From: Candidatus Caldarchaeales archaeon
Lineage (GTDB): Archaea > Thermoproteota > Nitrososphaeria_A > Caldarchaeales > Calditenuaceae
Assembly: GCA_032249095.1 (NCBI GenBank)
Contig: JAVVGN010000112.1
Coordinates: 1 to 5,316, forward strand
Length of the DNA: 5,316 nt
Reading direction: 5' to 3'
Shown here piece after piece: positions 3,735-5,316 of the stretch (the first letter of the stretch is position 1; each line of letters starts with the position of its first letter). Under the pieces are notes generated by a model, which saw nothing but the letters and a program-made list of their open reading frames with translations, was not told the DNA's origin and made no database searches. A program made the translations under genes and the position numbers.

Positions 3735-5216
3735 GTGCCACGGACCGTCTTCGAGAAGATCTGGGAAGAGCACGTCCTCGCGAAGAGGGGTGAGGATGAG
3801 TACCTTCTCTACGTTGACAGGCATCTGACGCATGAGGTGACGTCGCCGATAGCGTTCGAGGGCCTGCGCCAAAAGAATAGGAGCGTTAGGAGGCCGGACC
3901 TTACGTTCGCCATTATGGACCATAACGTGCCGACGGCTGATAGGGCCCTCCCGGTCCGGGACGAGTACTCGAGGGCTCAGATGAGGGCTCTTGCGAGGAA
4001 CGCGGCCGACTTCGGCCTGACGCTTTTCGACTACTTTAGCCCCTGGCAGGGGATCGTCCACGTTGTCGGTCCAGAGCTAGGCCTCACGCTCCCTGGCATA
4101 ACCCTGGTCTGCGGAGACAGCCACACAAGCACACACGGCGCCCTTGGCGCCCTAGCCGTCGGGATAGGGACAAGCGAGGGGGAGCACGTCTTCGCTACGC
4201 AGACCGTATGGCTCAGGAGGCCAAGGCTGATGGAGGTGAGGATGGAGGGCTTGTTCCCGAGCCACGTGACGGCCAAGGACGCGATACTCTACACGATTAG
4301 GGAGCTTGGGACGGGCGGGATGATCGGCCACGTATCAGAGTTTAGGGGCGGGGCCGTTGAGAGGATGAGCGTGGAGGAGAGGATGACGATCTGCAACATG
4401 GCGATAGAGGGTGGTGCGCGGACCGCGATAATACAGCCCGACGAGAAGGTCTACAATTACGTCAAAGACACCCCCTACGCCCCGAGGGATGAGGACTGGG
4501 ACGAGGCGCTTAAGTATTGGGAGAGCCTCAAGACTGACCCAGCCGCCAAGTATGACAAGTCTTATCGGCTTGACGTGGGGAGACTCGAGCCACAGATAAC
4601 TTGGGGCACGAATCCCGCCATGTGTATTGGCGTGACCGAGACAGTTCCAGACCCGCGGCTGACGGAGGACCCGACCCAGAGGAGGTCCTACGAGAGGGCC
4701 CTCGCATATATGGGCCTGAACCCCGGTCAGAGGATCGAGGACACCCCAATAGACGCTGTCTTCATAGGCTCCTGCACCAACGCCAGACTGTCCGACCTGA
4801 TCCAGGTGGCGCGGCTCGTCAAGGGGCGCAAGGTCGCCCCAGGTGTGAGGGCCATGATCGTTCCCGGCTCCATGCTTGTGAAGAGGAGGGCTGAGAGGAT
4901 GGGGCTCCATAGGATATTCCTGGAAGCAGGATTCGAGTGGAGGAATAGTGGATGCAGCATGTGCATCGCGATGAACGAGGATAGGCTTGGGCCAGGTGAG
5001 AGGGGTGTCCTCACCTCCAACAGGAACTTCGAGAACAGGGCGGGCCCCGGAAGCAGGGTACACCTGGCTAGCCCCCTCACGGCCGCGGCCTCCGCCATCG
5101 AGGGGAAAATTGCAGACCCCCGGAAATACGACATGGTGCCGATAGAAGAGCTGGAGCTTGAGTGGGTCTCTCCCTGGGTCCGGCGTAATGTCTTGGCTCC
5201 CCTGAGGGGTGGCTAA
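3735..5216 (+). CDS. leuC: 3-isopropylmalate dehydratase large subunit (aconitase family, long bacterial-type LeuC)
   Basis: Motifs: VFEKIWEEHVL, YVDRHLTHEVTSPIAFEGLR, MDHNVPT, VCGDSHTSTHGALGA, FIGSCTNARLSDL, GCSMCIAMNEDRL, TSNRNFENR. By homology the start is GTG 3735 (MPRTVFEKIW). In-frame GTGs at 3711 and 3723 are alternatives. The stop is at 5214-5216. Confidence 0.9.
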   Translation: MPRTVFEKIWEEHVLAKRGEDEYLLYVDRHLTHEVTSPIAFEGLRQKNRSVRRPDLTFAIMDHNVPTADRALPVRDEYSRAQMRALARNAADFGLTLFDYFSPWQGIVHVVGPELGLTLPGITLVCGDSHTSTHGALGALAVGIGTSEGEHVFATQTVWLRRPRLMEVRMEGLFPSHVTAKDAILYTIRELGTGGMIGHVSEFRGGAVERMSVEERMTICNMAIEGGARTAIIQPDEKVYNYVKDTPYAPRDEDWDEALKYWESLKTDPAAKYDKSYRLDVGRLEPQITWGTNPAMCIGVTETVPDPRLTEDPTQRRSYERALAYMGLNPGQRIEDTPIDAVFIGSCTNARLSDLIQVARLVKGRKVAPGVRAMIVPGSMLVKRRAERMGLHRIFLEAGFEWRNSGCSMCIAMNEDRLGPGERGVLTSNRNFENRAGPGSRVHLASPLTAAASAIEGKIADPRKYDMVPIEELELEWVSPWVRRNVLAPLRGG

Positions 5217-5316
5217 GAGATGCCGGAGCCCCTGGTCATAATCGAGTCTCTATAATTATACGATAGTGTCCAAATAAGCATTTTTGCTCACCTCCCTGTC
5301 CTCGCGGCCTGATAGT

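Noticed and set aside
3648-5134. ORFs overlapping leuC: 3648-4061, 4031-4276, 4335-5063, 4528-4749 and 4727-5134 (-), plus 4601-4894 (+)
   Set aside because: All lie within or against the strongly supported leuC frame. Their translations are P/G/R/S-rich and low-complexity, as expected from off-frame reading of GC-rich coding DNA.
5236-5316. Possible 3' end of a convergent minus-strand gene entering from the right edge (frames ending at 5236 or 5256), and a 22-codon mini-ORF behind GGAGGTG
   Set aside because: The region is too short to choose between frames or recognise any family, so it cannot be supported from this window.

Overview
The window looks archaeal, probably crenarchaeal. Arg codons are mostly AGG/AGA, Ile is often ATA, TATA boxes sit ~25-30 nt before start codons, and ribosome-binding sites are GGAGGTG-type. 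The left edge holds the 3' part of an IS4/IS5-superfamily DDE transposase gene (1-477, +). Two ordinary metabolic genes lie on the + strand: a xylose-isomerase-like TIM-barrel sugar phosphate isomerase/epimerase (1605-2363) and a bacterial-type LeuC (3735-5216). The main lead is a compact module present twice on the minus strand, each copy head-to-head with one of these genes. Each module has a ~270-codon ORF that by eye resembles a miniature IS110-family recombinase (RuvC-like DEDD N-domain plus a helix-hairpin-helix Tnp-like C-domain). Each ORF is preceded by a 219-312 nt leader with no convincing ORF. Copy B (about 2444-3685) is intact. Copy A (about 520-1569) has one in-frame TAA and a non-homologous 3' tail. 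The two proteins are very diverged, yet leader blocks are 86-100% identical, which is the reverse of neutral expectation. IS110 elements encode their guide (bridge) RNA in this non-coding position, so the leader is a candidate element-encoded RNA. I could not establish its strand, structure or function from sequence alone. No rRNA, intact tRNA or CRISPR array was seen.
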